DNA of 64,000 nt from an uncultured virus (IMG/VR IMGVR_UViG_3300019378_000501) (IMGVR_UViG_3300019378_000501), one strand, 5' to 3'; numbered from the stretch's first letter, positions 1-10,467 are shown. Notes: generated from the letters alone by a model not told the origin. Numbers and translations: made by a program.

Positions 1-130
1 AGCAACTCACGAGGGATACCTCCTGTCTTAGGTTTGTTTGGTCACTTACCAGTATAGCAGGTTCCCAAATGAGTTGCTATTTTATTCTCTACAAGGTGTT
101 GCACTTACTATGATAATCCGCCACTAAAAT

Positions 131-171
131 GTCTACTAATGGTAGAATATAAGTGACTACCCAAAGTAGAC
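131..171. promoter_or_regulatory. Candidate BlaI-family operator pair
   Basis: Two CTAC-N5-GTAG dyads (TCTACtaatgGTAGA 132-146; ACTACccaaaGTAGA 156-170) just upstream of the BlaI-like gene. Confidence 0.5.
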
Positions 172-187
172 AAAGGGGGATGATCCA

Positions 188-547
188 ATGGCAGAATATA
201 AGCTTGGCGAAGTGGAATCCATTTTTGCCGACATTATCTGGAATAACGAGCCTCTTTCTTCCCGCCGTCTGGCGGAACTTGCTGAGGAACGTCTGAACTG
301 GAAGCGAACCACCACTTACACCATTCTGAAGCGGCTCTGTGACCGGGAATTGTTTCAAAATGCCGGGGGAACGGTAACCTCCCTGGTCAGCCGGGAGGAA
401 TTCTATGCCCGGCAGAGTGAGCAGTTTGTGGAAGAAACCTTCCAGGGTTCGCTGCCTGCATTTTTAGCTGCTTTTGGCCGCTGCAAGAAACTGTCCGACT
501 CCGAAATCGATGAACTGCAGAAGGTCATCGAGGAAATGAGGGGGTAA
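188..547 (+). CDS. BlaI/MecI/CopY family transcriptional repressor
   Basis: WKRTTTYTILKRL wHTH motif, F.GSLPAFLAAF and LS..EIDEL C-terminus; followed by an M56 gene. Confidence 0.9.
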   Translation: MAEYKLGEVESIFADIIWNNEPLSSRRLAELAEERLNWKRTTTYTILKRLCDRELFQNAGGTVTSLVSREEFYARQSEQFVEETFQGSLPAFLAAFGRCKKLSDSEIDELQKVIEEMRG

Positions 548-551
548 TCCC

Positions 552-3002
552 ATGTGTAATCTGTTTTCGCAAGTATTGAATATGAGTATGACGGGCAGTG
601 TTGTGATCCTTCTGGTTATGCTGTCCAGACTCATTTTGAAACGGGCTCCTAAGATCTTTTCCTACGCCCTCTGGTCGGCGGTGCTGTTCCGCCTTCTGTG
701 CCCGGTGGCGTTTACTGCACCTGTCTCGGTTCTGAATGCATTGAAACCGGAAGTTCAAGAAGCTTCGGAATCGACCAGTGTGGTCTATTTCCTTCCTGCA
801 GAAGTCAGCCAGAATCTGGATTTCACTTTTGTTCCGGCTGAAAATCAGTCTGGAACGGAAGGTGTGAAAGCAGGGGAGTCTGAGCATACTCACTTGGATC
901 TTATAACGGTTATTTCTTATGTCTGGATCATCGGTACCGGTACCATGATTCTTTACAGTGTTATCCAGTACATTCGGCTAAGAGGGAAACTCGTTGGAGC
1001 TGTTGTCTACAGAGGAAATGTATATCGCGCTGATTATATAGACACCCCCTTTGTTATGGGTATTTTCAGCCCCAAAATCTATTTGCCTTCTGATGTACCA
1101 ATGAACGAACGAAAGTACATCATTACTCACGAGCGGCACCATATCCGCCGCTGTGACCATATCATCAAATTGCTGGCCTATTTTGCCCTGTGTGTCCACT
1201 GGTTCAATCCGCTGGCGTGGGCAGCATTCATTCAGGCCGGCAAGGATATGGAGATGAGCTGTGATGAGGCAGTGATCCGGAAAATGGGTTCCCAGATCCG
1301 GGCAGACTATTCTGCATCTCTTCTTAGACTTGCGACTCATAAAAAGATCATTGCCGGCATGCCCCTGGCCTTTGGCGAGGGTGACACGAAAGGTCGCGTA
1401 ATGAATATGGCAAAATGGAAAAAGCCCAGGTTATGGGTAAGTTTGATTTGTTTACTGCTGTGTACCACCATTTTGGTAGCCTGTGCAGTCAACCCGCAAA
1501 CAGCGGGCTCCACAGAAAGCACGACCACTGGTAAGGTAAGCACCTCCAAAGGTCTTAACATCCGTCAGGAACCCTCAACCATCGGTGCTGTCGTTGGTAA
1601 CTACGATGACGGTACAATTATTACCATCCTGGAGATCAAGGACGGCTGGGGCCGTACCAATCAGGGCTGGGTATCCCTGAACTATGTTACAACGATGGAT
1701 GGCACCCCCATGGTTGATATCGCTCAGATGGAGCCTTCCGTTGACAGCTCTGCACCTACTGATATTGAAACCGAATTGAAACCTTTGAATATCCGTGAGA
1801 AGCCCGATAAGTCCAGTGCTGTTGTTGGAGCGTATCCCAATGGAACGATTGTTACGATCCTGGAGACCCAGGACGATTGGGGCAAGACTGACCAAGGCTG
1901 GATACACATGGACTATGTTACAACCGTAGATGGAAATACTGTGGTTGATACCAGTAATTTTCAGCCTGCTGTGGATGGTTCTGCTATCATCACGGATACG
2001 GTACTGATTCAGTGCGGTTATCTTAAAATGTTGCTTCCTTCCGACTTTGCTGCCGAGGAGCAAAATGGTGTTATGGTGCTAAAAAAGGAATCTGTAGCAG
2101 TTGGCGGTATCATGCAATGGAAATATCCCGAATTCCAGCCCTCCGATATCGTGGAATTAAGGAAGGAGGAAACCGGTGCCCCCATTGGCTATATGTCCGG
2201 TAGCTCCGCCTATGGAGATATTGAATATGAAGTCTTCTGGGATGGAAATCCGGAAAGTTTGAATGAGCAGCATACTTTCTTCATCGATGGCGATGTCATC
2301 TATGATGTATGGTATGACCAGAATCTGATTTCGGATGGTATTGCTGAGCGGTTCCTGAAGACTGTTGCCATCAACGCAGATCCTGTAGTTGTAACAGCCC
2401 CCGGAGAACAGGAGGCATTTACAAAGTGCCGCGCAGTATTGGAGGCCGTTCAAAAGGGCAGCTATAAAATAGTCACGCGCCATGTAAGCGGTCGCGGCGA
2501 GAATATTATGGCACATGAGCGTATCTATACTAGAACGGGTGAGGACTGGCTCAGCGTTACCAATGCGCTTCCTGCTGGTGAAGATTTTACTGGAGAAGAG
2601 GAATTCGCAACAACCAAATCTGCTCTCCGGGTAAATGGTAAACACTATAACTACACCGGTACTGAATGGGTAGAGACAGCCGATGTTGCAAATACCCGCT
2701 TGCCCTGGCTTGCTGAGTTCACATGGGATGATAATATCGTTGCCTATATTGATACCCTGACAGACGAAGACGGCGAATGCGTCATGCTCCGCGTAGATGA
2801 GAAGTATATTGAATCAGATGAATATGATCCCCATTACTTCCTGTACTTCAATTTTGATCCTGATGGTAACTTTATCCATGCACAATTGCAGGTGAATCTC
2901 TTTAGGGATAACGAGATCAACATTACAGAGTCCATCGCTTCTCTGGATCCGGAAATCGTTCAGGGAGAAATACAGAAAGAATATCAACGGGCCATTGGAT
3001 AA
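552..3002 (+). CDS. BlaR1-like M56 metallopeptidase sensor with two SH3_3-like domains
   Basis: TM segments, HERHHIRRCD zincin motif, HWFNPLAW, DMEMSCDE; two LNIR..P......VG.Y..GT..TILE....WG.T.QGW repeats. Confidence 0.85.
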   Translation: MCNLFSQVLNMSMTGSVVILLVMLSRLILKRAPKIFSYALWSAVLFRLLCPVAFTAPVSVLNALKPEVQEASESTSVVYFLPAEVSQNLDFTFVPAENQSGTEGVKAGESEHTHLDLITVISYVWIIGTGTMILYSVIQYIRLRGKLVGAVVYRGNVYRADYIDTPFVMGIFSPKIYLPSDVPMNERKYIITHERHHIRRCDHIIKLLAYFALCVHWFNPLAWAAFIQAGKDMEMSCDEAVIRKMGSQIRADYSASLLRLATHKKIIAGMPLAFGEGDTKGRVMNMAKWKKPRLWVSLICLLLCTTILVACAVNPQTAGSTESTTTGKVSTSKGLNIRQEPSTIGAVVGNYDDGTIITILEIKDGWGRTNQGWVSLNYVTTMDGTPMVDIAQMEPSVDSSAPTDIETELKPLNIREKPDKSSAVVGAYPNGTIVTILETQDDWGKTDQGWIHMDYVTTVDGNTVVDTSNFQPAVDGSAIITDTVLIQCGYLKMLLPSDFAAEEQNGVMVLKKESVAVGGIMQWKYPEFQPSDIVELRKEETGAPIGYMSGSSAYGDIEYEVFWDGNPESLNEQHTFFIDGDVIYDVWYDQNLISDGIAERFLKTVAINADPVVVTAPGEQEAFTKCRAVLEAVQKGSYKIVTRHVSGRGENIMAHERIYTRTGEDWLSVTNALPAGEDFTGEEEFATTKSALRVNGKHYNYTGTEWVETADVANTRLPWLAEFTWDDNIVAYIDTLTDEDGECVMLRVDEKYIESDEYDPHYFLYFNFDPDGNFIHAQLQVNLFRDNEINITESIASLDPEIVQGEIQKEYQRAIG

Positions 3003-3011
3003 ACCGACATA

Positions 3012-3048
3012 ACAAAAGTGCAGTTTCCCGTGGGAAGCTGCACTTTGT
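3012..3048. terminator. Bidirectional intrinsic terminator
   Basis: AAAGTGCAGTTTCCC-gt-GGGAAGCTGCACTTT between convergent genes. Confidence 0.7.
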
Positions 3049-3067
3049 TCTATATTTGACGGCAAAA

Positions 3068-4357
3068 TCATATTTTCTTGCCGATCATGGCGGTTATGGT
3101 AAACAGCCGCTTTTCCGGGTCATAGTTCCAGTCATAGTCGCCCTGGTATTTCTGCAGGGTCTGGGCCACGCTTTTCAGACCAAATCCGTGATAGTCCTTA
3201 TCTTTTTTGGAGGAAATCAAGGATTCTCCTTCTGTATGCGGGGATAAGTCGCTGCTGTTTCGGATGGTAAGGATCTGATAGGCATTGTGTCTGGACGTTT
3301 CCAGACATATTCTCTTTGCTTCGGAACTTTCAGCTGCTGCCAATGCGTTGTCCATCAGATTGCCAAGGATGGAAACCAGATCAATGTCCTCAACGTCTGC
3401 AAGGCTGCACAGCTTTACATCATACTGAAATTCGATGCCCTTACTGCGGCAGGCCAAGGTATACTTGTGGATCATAATGTCCAGCATTTTGTTGCCGCTG
3501 TGGCAGAATCGGGTATAATCCGCCAGCTGCTGAGACAGCGAACCGATGTACTGATTGATCTGCGGGTCATCGGTCAAGCTCTGGATGGCCGCCAGATGAT
3601 TCTTGGCATCATGGGCGTAGATCCTCAGTTTCTGATTCTGCTGTTCCAGAATATCGTAGTAGGATTTTTCAACACGCAGGCGCTCCACTTCATTCTGCAT
3701 GTGAATGGCTTTGCTTTCCTTTTCCAGCTGATGCTGATAGGTGATAAACAGCAGAATGGTCGAAACCATATGCAGAACGCTGGCAATGGACAGCCGGAGC
3801 TGGATGTTCAGAGACAGGCCCGGTCGGGTAACGATCTGCCAGAAGAGAATCAGACAGATGGAACAGGCCACCGGATATAGAAACAGATTCAGCGGAAGCT
3901 TCTTCATGCCGCTGTCCGGATTGGCGATTCTGGAAAACAGCAGCGTTATCAGAAAGTAGATGATCTTGCTGGTGGAACACTCCATGATCAAGACCGTCAG
4001 ACTGTGATTATAGGCCAGAAATTCTACACCCATGATACGGGAAAAGGTTGAGATCACAAAAACCTCTGTGGTTCCGCCGATCACCACCAGAATCAGCGAA
4101 TAGAAAAAGCTGATATACAGTTTGGTGTGAAAGCAAAGATAGGCAAAGGTACACTGTACAAGGGTGGATGTAATGGTATTGATCGCACCGCTGTTTTGAC
4201 TCAGCAGGTTACAGAAAGCTGCGAACACAGCACCTGCGGCACCACACAGAAAGCAAACAAGGTTTGAGCGTTTTCTTCCAAAAGTATTGGAAAAGAAAAT
4301 ATAACAAATCAGCATTTCCAGACCGAATACACTGATTGCCACCAAGGGATTCATCAT
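3068..4357 (-). CDS. AgrC-like GHKL sensor histidine kinase
   Basis: Multiple TM helices, HDAKNHL H-box, GNLMDNA N-box, HGFGLKSV G-box. Confidence 0.9.
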   Translation of the reverse strand: MMNPLVAISVFGLEMLICYIFFSNTFGRKRSNLVCFLCGAAGAVFAAFCNLLSQNSGAINTITSTLVQCTFAYLCFHTKLYISFFYSLILVVIGGTTEVFVISTFSRIMGVEFLAYNHSLTVLIMECSTSKIIYFLITLLFSRIANPDSGMKKLPLNLFLYPVACSICLILFWQIVTRPGLSLNIQLRLSIASVLHMVSTILLFITYQHQLEKESKAIHMQNEVERLRVEKSYYDILEQQNQKLRIYAHDAKNHLAAIQSLTDDPQINQYIGSLSQQLADYTRFCHSGNKMLDIMIHKYTLACRSKGIEFQYDVKLCSLADVEDIDLVSILGNLMDNALAAAESSEAKRICLETSRHNAYQILTIRNSSDLSPHTEGESLISSKKDKDYHGFGLKSVAQTLQKYQGDYDWNYDPEKRLFTITAMIGKKI

Positions 4358-4359
4358 GG

Positions 4360-5058
4360 TTACCGCCTCCTCAGGTATTCAAACCAGTATTTGTGAAATG
4401 CGGACTGCCGTCTTGGTGCAATGGGGATCTTTGTTCCGTCATTCAATGTCAGTTCCCCATAGGAATAACGGTTGATGTAATGCAGATTGACCAGAAAAGA
4501 TTTGTGAACGGGATAGAAGAAAAGGGGAGGAAGCTTCTCACACCACTGGTCAAAGGTTTCTTTGGTGGTCAGTTCTCCGGCTACGGTGACCATTATTACC
4601 TTGCGGTTTGCCCGGGTGATATAGAGGATATCATCCACCAGTACCCGCTGCTGGGCACCGTCCGTATATAAATATACGTCTACATAAGCGCCATCGATAT
4701 ATTCCATGGCTTTGTCCAGACCTGCATAAAGCCGTTTTACATCAAAGGGTTTTTCAAAGAACCGGAATGCCTGCAGATCCATGGCATCATCCTGGTATTC
4801 TTCGTAATTGGTCACAAAGAAAAGCGCCAGCTTGCTGTTTCTCTTACGTAGCTCCTTCGCCAGAGAAATGCCGTCCATTCCGTCCATCTGAATGTCAAGA
4901 AATGCAAGGTCATATTTCTGATCACTGCCGGTAATGCTGAGAGGATCCGTTGTGGCGGTAATTTCGCAGTGGATATAGCGTTCGCTCATATATTGACGGA
5001 CATGGGCAGTTAATTCTTCCAGATATACTTTTTCATCATCGCAGATCAGTATTGTCAT
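4360..5058 (-). CDS. LytTR family response regulator (AgrA-like)
   Basis: ICDD...FLDIQM receiver domain; VHKSFLVNL LytTR motif. Confidence 0.92.
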   Translation of the reverse strand: MTILICDDEKVYLEELTAHVRQYMSERYIHCEITATTDPLSITGSDQKYDLAFLDIQMDGMDGISLAKELRKRNSKLALFFVTNYEEYQDDAMDLQAFRFFEKPFDVKRLYAGLDKAMEYIDGAYVDVYLYTDGAQQRVLVDDILYITRANRKVIMVTVAGELTTKETFDQWCEKLPPLFFYPVHKSFLVNLHYINRYSYGELTLNDGTKIPIAPRRQSAFHKYWFEYLRRR

Positions 5059-5279
5059 AAGGGGACCTCCTGGACAAAACGGGTATTTCTTCTGCTGTTA
5101 TTTTATCATCCATGTATGTCCCCGTCAAATTTTTACATTGGTTTTTGACCCGTAAAACTGCATGATTTCCTTGCAGTTTTGCAGAACCTATTGAAATCCT
5201 GGCATCTTTCGTTATGCTGAAGATAAATCGAAGAAAATTCAATTAGAGCCTGAATAGAAAAATAGTGGAGTGTGGCATT

Positions 5280-5594
5280 ATGAGTGGATATATGCTGCTG
5301 GGTTTGGTGGCGGTTCTGCTGCTGTACCTGCTGAGTGACGTTTGGGGCGGATTTCGCAGTAGCAAGATCCCGTCCAAAACCAGTTATGTGAAAGTGATCA
5401 TGCGGTATGCAGAAATTAGAAAAAGGCACAGCTGGAATCAGCGGGAAAAGATCTATCTGGTATTGCTTCAGATGAAGGATGGAACCATGCGGGAATTTCA
5501 GGTCGGCGAAGGGGAATACAATGTTCTGCAGGAAGGTATGACGGGTCTGCTTGTCTGGCAGGAAAACCGTTATATCAGCTTTGAAGAATTCTGA
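5280..5594 (+). CDS. Small membrane-anchored protein (DUF2500-like)
   Basis: N-terminal TM then beta-rich domain ending EYNVLQEGMTGLL.WQ..RYISFE; start uncertain. Confidence 0.5.
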   Translation: MSGYMLLGLVAVLLLYLLSDVWGGFRSSKIPSKTSYVKVIMRYAEIRKRHSWNQREKIYLVLLQMKDGTMREFQVGEGEYNVLQEGMTGLLVWQENRYISFEEF

Positions 5595-5638
5595 GGGGTG
5601 AAGATAACGCATACATACGATCAGGAGGTAAATCAATT

Positions 5639-5704
5639 ATGGAAATTATTTTGATCGCAATGCTTTCTGCGGTAGCCATTGCATTTCTGTATTCCAAGAA
5701 GTGA
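5639..5704 (+). CDS. 21-aa hydrophobic peptide MEIILIAMLSAVAIAFLYSKK
   Basis: Strong AGGAGGT RBS upstream; single TM-like stretch; below ORF-track cutoff. Confidence 0.45.
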   Translation: MEIILIAMLSAVAIAFLYSKK

Positions 5705-5842
5705 GAATATATTCCGGTAAATATAGTGTGCAAGGAATGTATGGAGTGGTACATTGGGAAATAATCTGGTGATTATGTGCTTGTAAAGAGTTGTCCGCTG
5801 TAGTACACTTTAGGTATGATCGGAAAAGATAAGGAGATTGCT

Positions 5843-6547
5843 ATGAAATCTGTTGGATCAGCCCTGATACTGTTGGCTGGATGTCTGGCTATTATCCTGT
5901 GCTTCATGCATGGAAATGAGAAAAATGATTCAGAAGTTACAGAATCCGAGGATATGCTCAGCGCGTCCACTGCTACGGCAGCAGAAACGGGTTCAATGGG
6001 ATCCGGGGAGAATGTACAGGGTATGTTTGAAAGGGTCCTTTCCGGAGAGGAAGACTTTTTAGACCGGGATCAGGCACAGCGCATGACTATCAAAGAATAC
6101 TGTGAAAATTTCGGTATCATCTCCAAGGTGGATGTTGCCATAACCAGGTACGCTGCGGCTGATCTGGATGCAGACGGAATGCAGGAATTGCTCCTTTGGA
6201 TAACCATTAACGAAACAAATGACTACGGTGTTCTGGCTCTTCGGTATGATGGAAACGTAACTGGCTATACCTTTGCCTACCGACAGCTGTCTGATCTTAA
6301 AAAGGACGGTACATTCCACTATTCCGGCGGTGCAGCCAATCACGGAACGGCCAGACTGAAATTTTCTGACCTCGGTTGGGAATATGTGATCATTGGTGCC
6401 GTTGAAGAGAATGATTCTGCAATTTCCTTCTCCTGGAGTGGTGAGTCCGTATCGGAGGATGAATTCTGGGCATGTTTTAATGCACAGAGTGAAAAAGAGA
6501 ATGTGGAATGGCACCCATATCTGGCTGATATAGACATCTTCGGATGA
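5843..6547 (+). CDS. Exported/membrane-anchored hypothetical protein
   Basis: AAGGAG RBS, N-terminal hydrophobic segment, DLDADGMQEL Ca-binding-like motif. Confidence 0.6.
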   Translation: MKSVGSALILLAGCLAIILCFMHGNEKNDSEVTESEDMLSASTATAAETGSMGSGENVQGMFERVLSGEEDFLDRDQAQRMTIKEYCENFGIISKVDVAITRYAAADLDADGMQELLLWITINETNDYGVLALRYDGNVTGYTFAYRQLSDLKKDGTFHYSGGAANHGTARLKFSDLGWEYVIIGAVEENDSAISFSWSGESVSEDEFWACFNAQSEKENVEWHPYLADIDIFG

Positions 6548-6875
6548 CATTGCCACTGGTGTGAGATTTCTTTGGTTTCCTTTAGATGCAATCCCAAGAG
6601 AAAAGCCCGCAGTTGAAAACTGCGGACTTTTCATCAAAGGGGTTTTAGAAAGAGGAGAGGTAGAAAAGAGGATCTACATTGAAAGGTAACGAACCACGGC
6701 CTTTCGTTTCCTTTCATGTCTATAGAATAATGGCAGATTGTGTCCAATACATAACGGATCTGCAAACTTTCCGCAACATATTTGTGACAAAATGATGCAG
6801 AAGATTCAAGTGATTGTATAATTGGCGGAAATAACTGGAAGAATATCTGTATCACGATTGAAGGGAGTGGTGTGC

Positions 6876-7541
6876 TTGTTTAAGCACGAAAAACAGTTAT
6901 TTCATCCGGTGGCGGTGGAACGGCCCAATCCGCAGTATGCGGCCTTGCTGCAGGAACAGCTGGGCGGCGGCAATGGGGAACTGAAGGCAGCCATGCAGTA
7001 TATGTCCCAAAGTTTCCGCATCAAAGATCCCAAAATTAAAGACCTGTTTCTGGATATTGCGGCAGAAGAACTGGGGCATATGGAGATGGTGGCCCAGACC
7101 ATCAATCTGCTGAACGGTCATGACGTGGCTGCGGCTCAGGTACCCTGCGGAGAGATCCAGAGTCATGTGCTCCTTGGTCTGAATCCCGGTCTGATCAATG
7201 CGTCCGGTTACTCCTGGACGGCAGATTATGTCACAGTGACGGGAGACCTTTGTGCGGATCTTCTGAGTAATATTGCATCGGAACAGCGGGCCAAAGTTGT
7301 TTACGAATATCTGTACCGTCAGATCAATGACAAGAAAGTCCGGGAAACCATTGATTTTCTGCTGAACCGGGAGGAGGCACACAATCAGATGTTCCGGGAT
7401 GCTTTTAACCAGGTACAGAACTCCGGCTCTAACCAGGACTTTGGTACCACCAGGGCAGCGAAAATGTATTTCTCCATGTCCGACCCCGGTCCGAACGCCT
7501 TTGCCGGAAATAACGTAAATCCCCCGCGATTCTCCAACTGA
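6876..7541 (+). CDS. Manganese catalase family protein (CotJC-like)
   Basis: EQLGGGNGELKAAMQY, DIAAEELGHMEMV, REEAHNQMF; TTG start after GGGAG RBS. Confidence 0.9.
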   Translation: MFKHEKQLFHPVAVERPNPQYAALLQEQLGGGNGELKAAMQYMSQSFRIKDPKIKDLFLDIAAEELGHMEMVAQTINLLNGHDVAAAQVPCGEIQSHVLLGLNPGLINASGYSWTADYVTVTGDLCADLLSNIASEQRAKVVYEYLYRQINDKKVRETIDFLLNREEAHNQMFRDAFNQVQNSGSNQDFGTTRAAKMYFSMSDPGPNAFAGNNVNPPRFSN

Positions 7542-7612
7542 AAAGAAAACCGGACGAAGGAAGGCCCAATAAAACGATTTCAACTTGTTTCCGGGAAACG
7601 GCATGATTTTGG

Positions 7613-9283
7613 TCATGACGGCAGCAGAATGCTGCTGAAAAGCACATTTTTATCGTTCTTTAGCAAATAATTGAGTCCACCCTTTTGAAGCAATGTCTTT
7701 TGGACATTGACACAAAAGGGTGGACTTAAATTTATGGTGGACACGAGCGCGCGGCATCCGAACTCGTTTTCCCCACTTAAAGCCTTGAAATCCGTAAACT
7801 TTATAACTGATTTATCGCCGCCAAAGTTGAAATTGATCGTCAATTCGTCGTCTGTGATGAAAATTGAGTTCACAAACACGTCAATAAGCCGCTGCTGACA
7901 CTTTCGGTCGGTGAAATCCATTTCCCGGAACTGTTCAAGGAAAAACTGAATATGATCTTTCTGTAATCTGAAACCGCCGTCGAGCTGAGTTTGTGCAATG
8001 GCAGCATTTAACGCCTGTTGTTGCCCGTCCAGTTCGGTCAGGCGGTTTTTTGTCATTTCAGTTAAGGGCATACCGGCTTCGATAGCCCGCATGAGATTAT
8101 TGATCGCTTTCTCCACCTCTGCGATTTGAGCTTTAAGGCTCGTCACCTTGTCTCTTTGCTGATCTTGTCGCAGATAGTATTCCCAAACGTTGTTGGTGAT
8201 GTACTGGATTACCTCGTCGTCCATAATCAACTCTTGAGTTTTGGTCAGCACAAAAGGTTCAAGCCAGTCTTGCCGGATCGCTTTGCGTGCGCAGGTGTTT
8301 CCTCGTTTGTGGTTGATGCACAGGTAGTAATTGTACTTGGCTCCTGTCTTACTTGTTCCGCTTTCTCCGACCATTTGCGCGCCGCAGGAACCGCAAAAAA
8401 GTTTGTTGGTGAGCAGATAGTCGGCCCTGTTCCATTTGGCAGCAGGGGCGCGTTGATTGATCGCCAACAGCTTTTGAACTTTGTAAAAAATCTCTTTGTC
8501 GACGATAGCCGGTACGCCATCTTCGATGCGGATCTCGCCGTTCTTGAAATCGTAGATGCCGATATACTTTTCGTTCTTGAGGATTGTACGCAGGCTGTTC
8601 TTGGTGTAGCGGTTGCCTTGACCCGTCCTCAGGCCCTCGGCATTAAGCTGGTCAATAATCTCTGTGATAGTCTGACCCTCTGCGTACATCGCATAGATCC
8701 GACGAACAAGTGGGGCCGTGTCGGGGTCAATGACAAATTGGTGGTCTTTGTCGAGTTTGTAGCCCAGTGGTACACGCCCGCCGGTGAACCGACACTTTTT
8801 TGCGTTCTCACGATTGCCGCGTCGAATATTCTGCGAGAGCTGCAAGCTGTAATACTCAGCCATACCCTCCAACACGCTTTCCAAAATGACGCTTTCGGGG
8901 CCTTCTCCCATGTTCTCAGCAACGTACTCCACCCGAACGCCGTGTTTTTTGCAATGGTATTTGTTGAACGTGATCTCCTCGCGGTTACGTCCAAAACGAT
9001 CAACTTTCCACACGATAATCACGGAGAATTGTTTTTTCGTGCAGTCGGAAAGCATCTGTTGAAATTCATCCCGGTTGTCGTTTCGGCCAGTCATTGCGCG
9101 GTCGATATACTCGTGGATGATCTGGTATCCGCGTGCCGCTGCGTAGGCGTGGGCTGCCGCGAGCTGCCCCTCGATGGACTGTTCACCTTGCTTGTGGGAG
9201 GAGAACCGTGCATAAACCACAGCCAATTCACCGGGGCCGTACGACTGTTGCCAAGCCGTTCCGTTGTATTTAATTTTTACCAT
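7613..9283 (-). CDS. Large serine recombinase (prophage integrase)
   Basis: YARFSS..Q catalytic motif, VWKVDRFGRN, recombinase domain, CGSCG...YYLC zinc ribbon, coiled coil. Confidence 0.93.
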   Translation of the reverse strand: MVKIKYNGTAWQQSYGPGELAVVYARFSSHKQGEQSIEGQLAAAHAYAAARGYQIIHEYIDRAMTGRNDNRDEFQQMLSDCTKKQFSVIIVWKVDRFGRNREEITFNKYHCKKHGVRVEYVAENMGEGPESVILESVLEGMAEYYSLQLSQNIRRGNRENAKKCRFTGGRVPLGYKLDKDHQFVIDPDTAPLVRRIYAMYAEGQTITEIIDQLNAEGLRTGQGNRYTKNSLRTILKNEKYIGIYDFKNGEIRIEDGVPAIVDKEIFYKVQKLLAINQRAPAAKWNRADYLLTNKLFCGSCGAQMVGESGTSKTGAKYNYYLCINHKRGNTCARKAIRQDWLEPFVLTKTQELIMDDEVIQYITNNVWEYYLRQDQQRDKVTSLKAQIAEVEKAINNLMRAIEAGMPLTEMTKNRLTELDGQQQALNAAIAQTQLDGGFRLQKDHIQFFLEQFREMDFTDRKCQQRLIDVFVNSIFITDDELTINFNFGGDKSVIKFTDFKALSGENEFGCRALVSTINLSPPFCVNVQKTLLQKGGLNYLLKNDKNVLFSSILLPS

Positions 9284-9356
9284 GTTCCTTCCCTCACAAG
9301 ACGAATAATGTTTCTGTCGTATACGGCCCTAACCGTGGTTCCGTCACGCGCACGAA

Positions 9357-9824
9357 TTACGCGTGTTTTTTCCCGACATCAGGCTGAACAGTGTACTTGT
9401 CTTGCGCGAGAAGCCCTTGCATAAAGGCTTCGGCCTTTCCTTTATCAATGCCGTCGAGCTGATTATAAAGCGTAACGCCCATCGGTGTAGCTTCGCGCTG
9501 CCGATCCTGCGCAATCGCCTTTTGCAGCGCGACGGCCTTTTTTACATCTCCGTCAAAAGCGTCGAGCTGCGGGCCTGCGACCTCTGCGATCAAATCAGGA
9601 TTCGTGTAATCGGTAGGGTCGTCTGTGCGGCACAGCAAGTAGTCGATAGACACATGGTAAACGTCTGCAATGGCGATCAGGTATTCCGTCTTAGGAGGTT
9701 TGCCGGAAGTTTTCCACGCGGATATTGTGCCGCGATTTGTACCCAGTGCTTGAGCCGCCTGCTCAGATCCCGGTTTGTACCCTTGCGAAAGGCAGAGTTT
9801 TTCATAGCGCTCAAAGAAGGTCAT
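9357..9824 (-). CDS. XRE-family HTH prophage repressor (CI-like)
   Basis: AQALGTNRGTISAWK HTH, IADVYHVSIDYLL; divergent from cro, upstream of integrase. Confidence 0.85.
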   Translation of the reverse strand: MTFFERYEKLCLSQGYKPGSEQAAQALGTNRGTISAWKTSGKPPKTEYLIAIADVYHVSIDYLLCRTDDPTDYTNPDLIAEVAGPQLDAFDGDVKKAVALQKAIAQDRQREATPMGVTLYNQLDGIDKGKAEAFMQGLLAQDKYTVQPDVGKKHA

Positions 9825-9844
9825 AGTAATCCTCTTTCCCGCCA

Positions 9845-10054
9845 GTCAAAAATATTTCACTACAATCAGTCAAAGAGTATTGACAAGTCAAAAGATTTAG
9901 GCTATTATAAGTGCGTAGCAGTCAAACGACTTTGACAAAAGCAAGCGCCGTCGCATTGTGGAAGGTGAGGACGGGCCGCAGTTTGTGGTACTGGCTTTTT
10001 GAATTGTATCACAATAGTCAAAAAGTTTCAACTGTTTAGGCAAATATTTTTGAC
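9845..10054 (+). promoter_or_regulatory. Lysis/lysogeny switch: sigmaA promoter plus GTCAAA-N4-TTTGAC operators
   Basis: TTGACA(9880)-17-TATTAT(9903); operator-like sites at 9845, 9869, 9887, 9921 (perfect), 10017, 10039. Confidence 0.8.
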
Positions 10055-10078
10055 TTCATAAGAAAGGAGGACAAACGC

Positions 10079-10288
10079 ATGGACGCAAGAATTGTCGATG
10101 CCGTGGGCCGTATGCACGTCGCACGGATCACCGGGCAGATGTTGGCGAAGGAGAGCGGGTACAACGCCTCTTATGTTTCCGAAGTGTTAAACGGCAAGCG
10201 CGGAACCGAAAAGACGGTACAGAAGATCCTCGATGCCTTGTCCCGTCTGGAACAGAAGCAGGCCGAGGCCAAAGAGGATCAGTCCTGA
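10079..10288 (+). CDS. Cro-like HTH protein
   Basis: LAKESGYNASYVSEVLNG HTH; strong RBS; first rightward gene. Confidence 0.8.
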   Translation: MDARIVDAVGRMHVARITGQMLAKESGYNASYVSEVLNGKRGTEKTVQKILDALSRLEQKQAEAKEDQS

Positions 10289-10467
10289 TGGCCGCGCCGA
10301 AGAAGTCTCGCTTTGACCTGTCGCAGATTGGTGAAGCGGACAAGCATAATCTGTCGGTCACGTTTTTAGACGCTGTAAAACGGTTCTATGAAGATCCTGT
10401 AAACCGTGAGCGTTTCGAGCGTTGGCAGGCACAGCGACAAGCCCGCACTGTCGCAACTAAAACGTAA
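10288..10467 (+). CDS. Small phage protein (59 aa, MAAPKKSRF...)
   Basis: TGATG coupling with cro; own translation. Confidence 0.6.
   Translation: MAAPKKSRFDLSQIGEADKHNLSVTFLDAVKRFYEDPVNRERFERWQAQRQARTVATKT

Noticed and set aside
3068..5058. Complete agr quorum-sensing locus
   Set aside because: No AgrB or AgrD-like ORF found nearby in the window
7735..7800. tRNA or tmRNA gene
   Set aside because: Only a 3'-end-like fragment within the integrase CDS; no cloverleaf could be built
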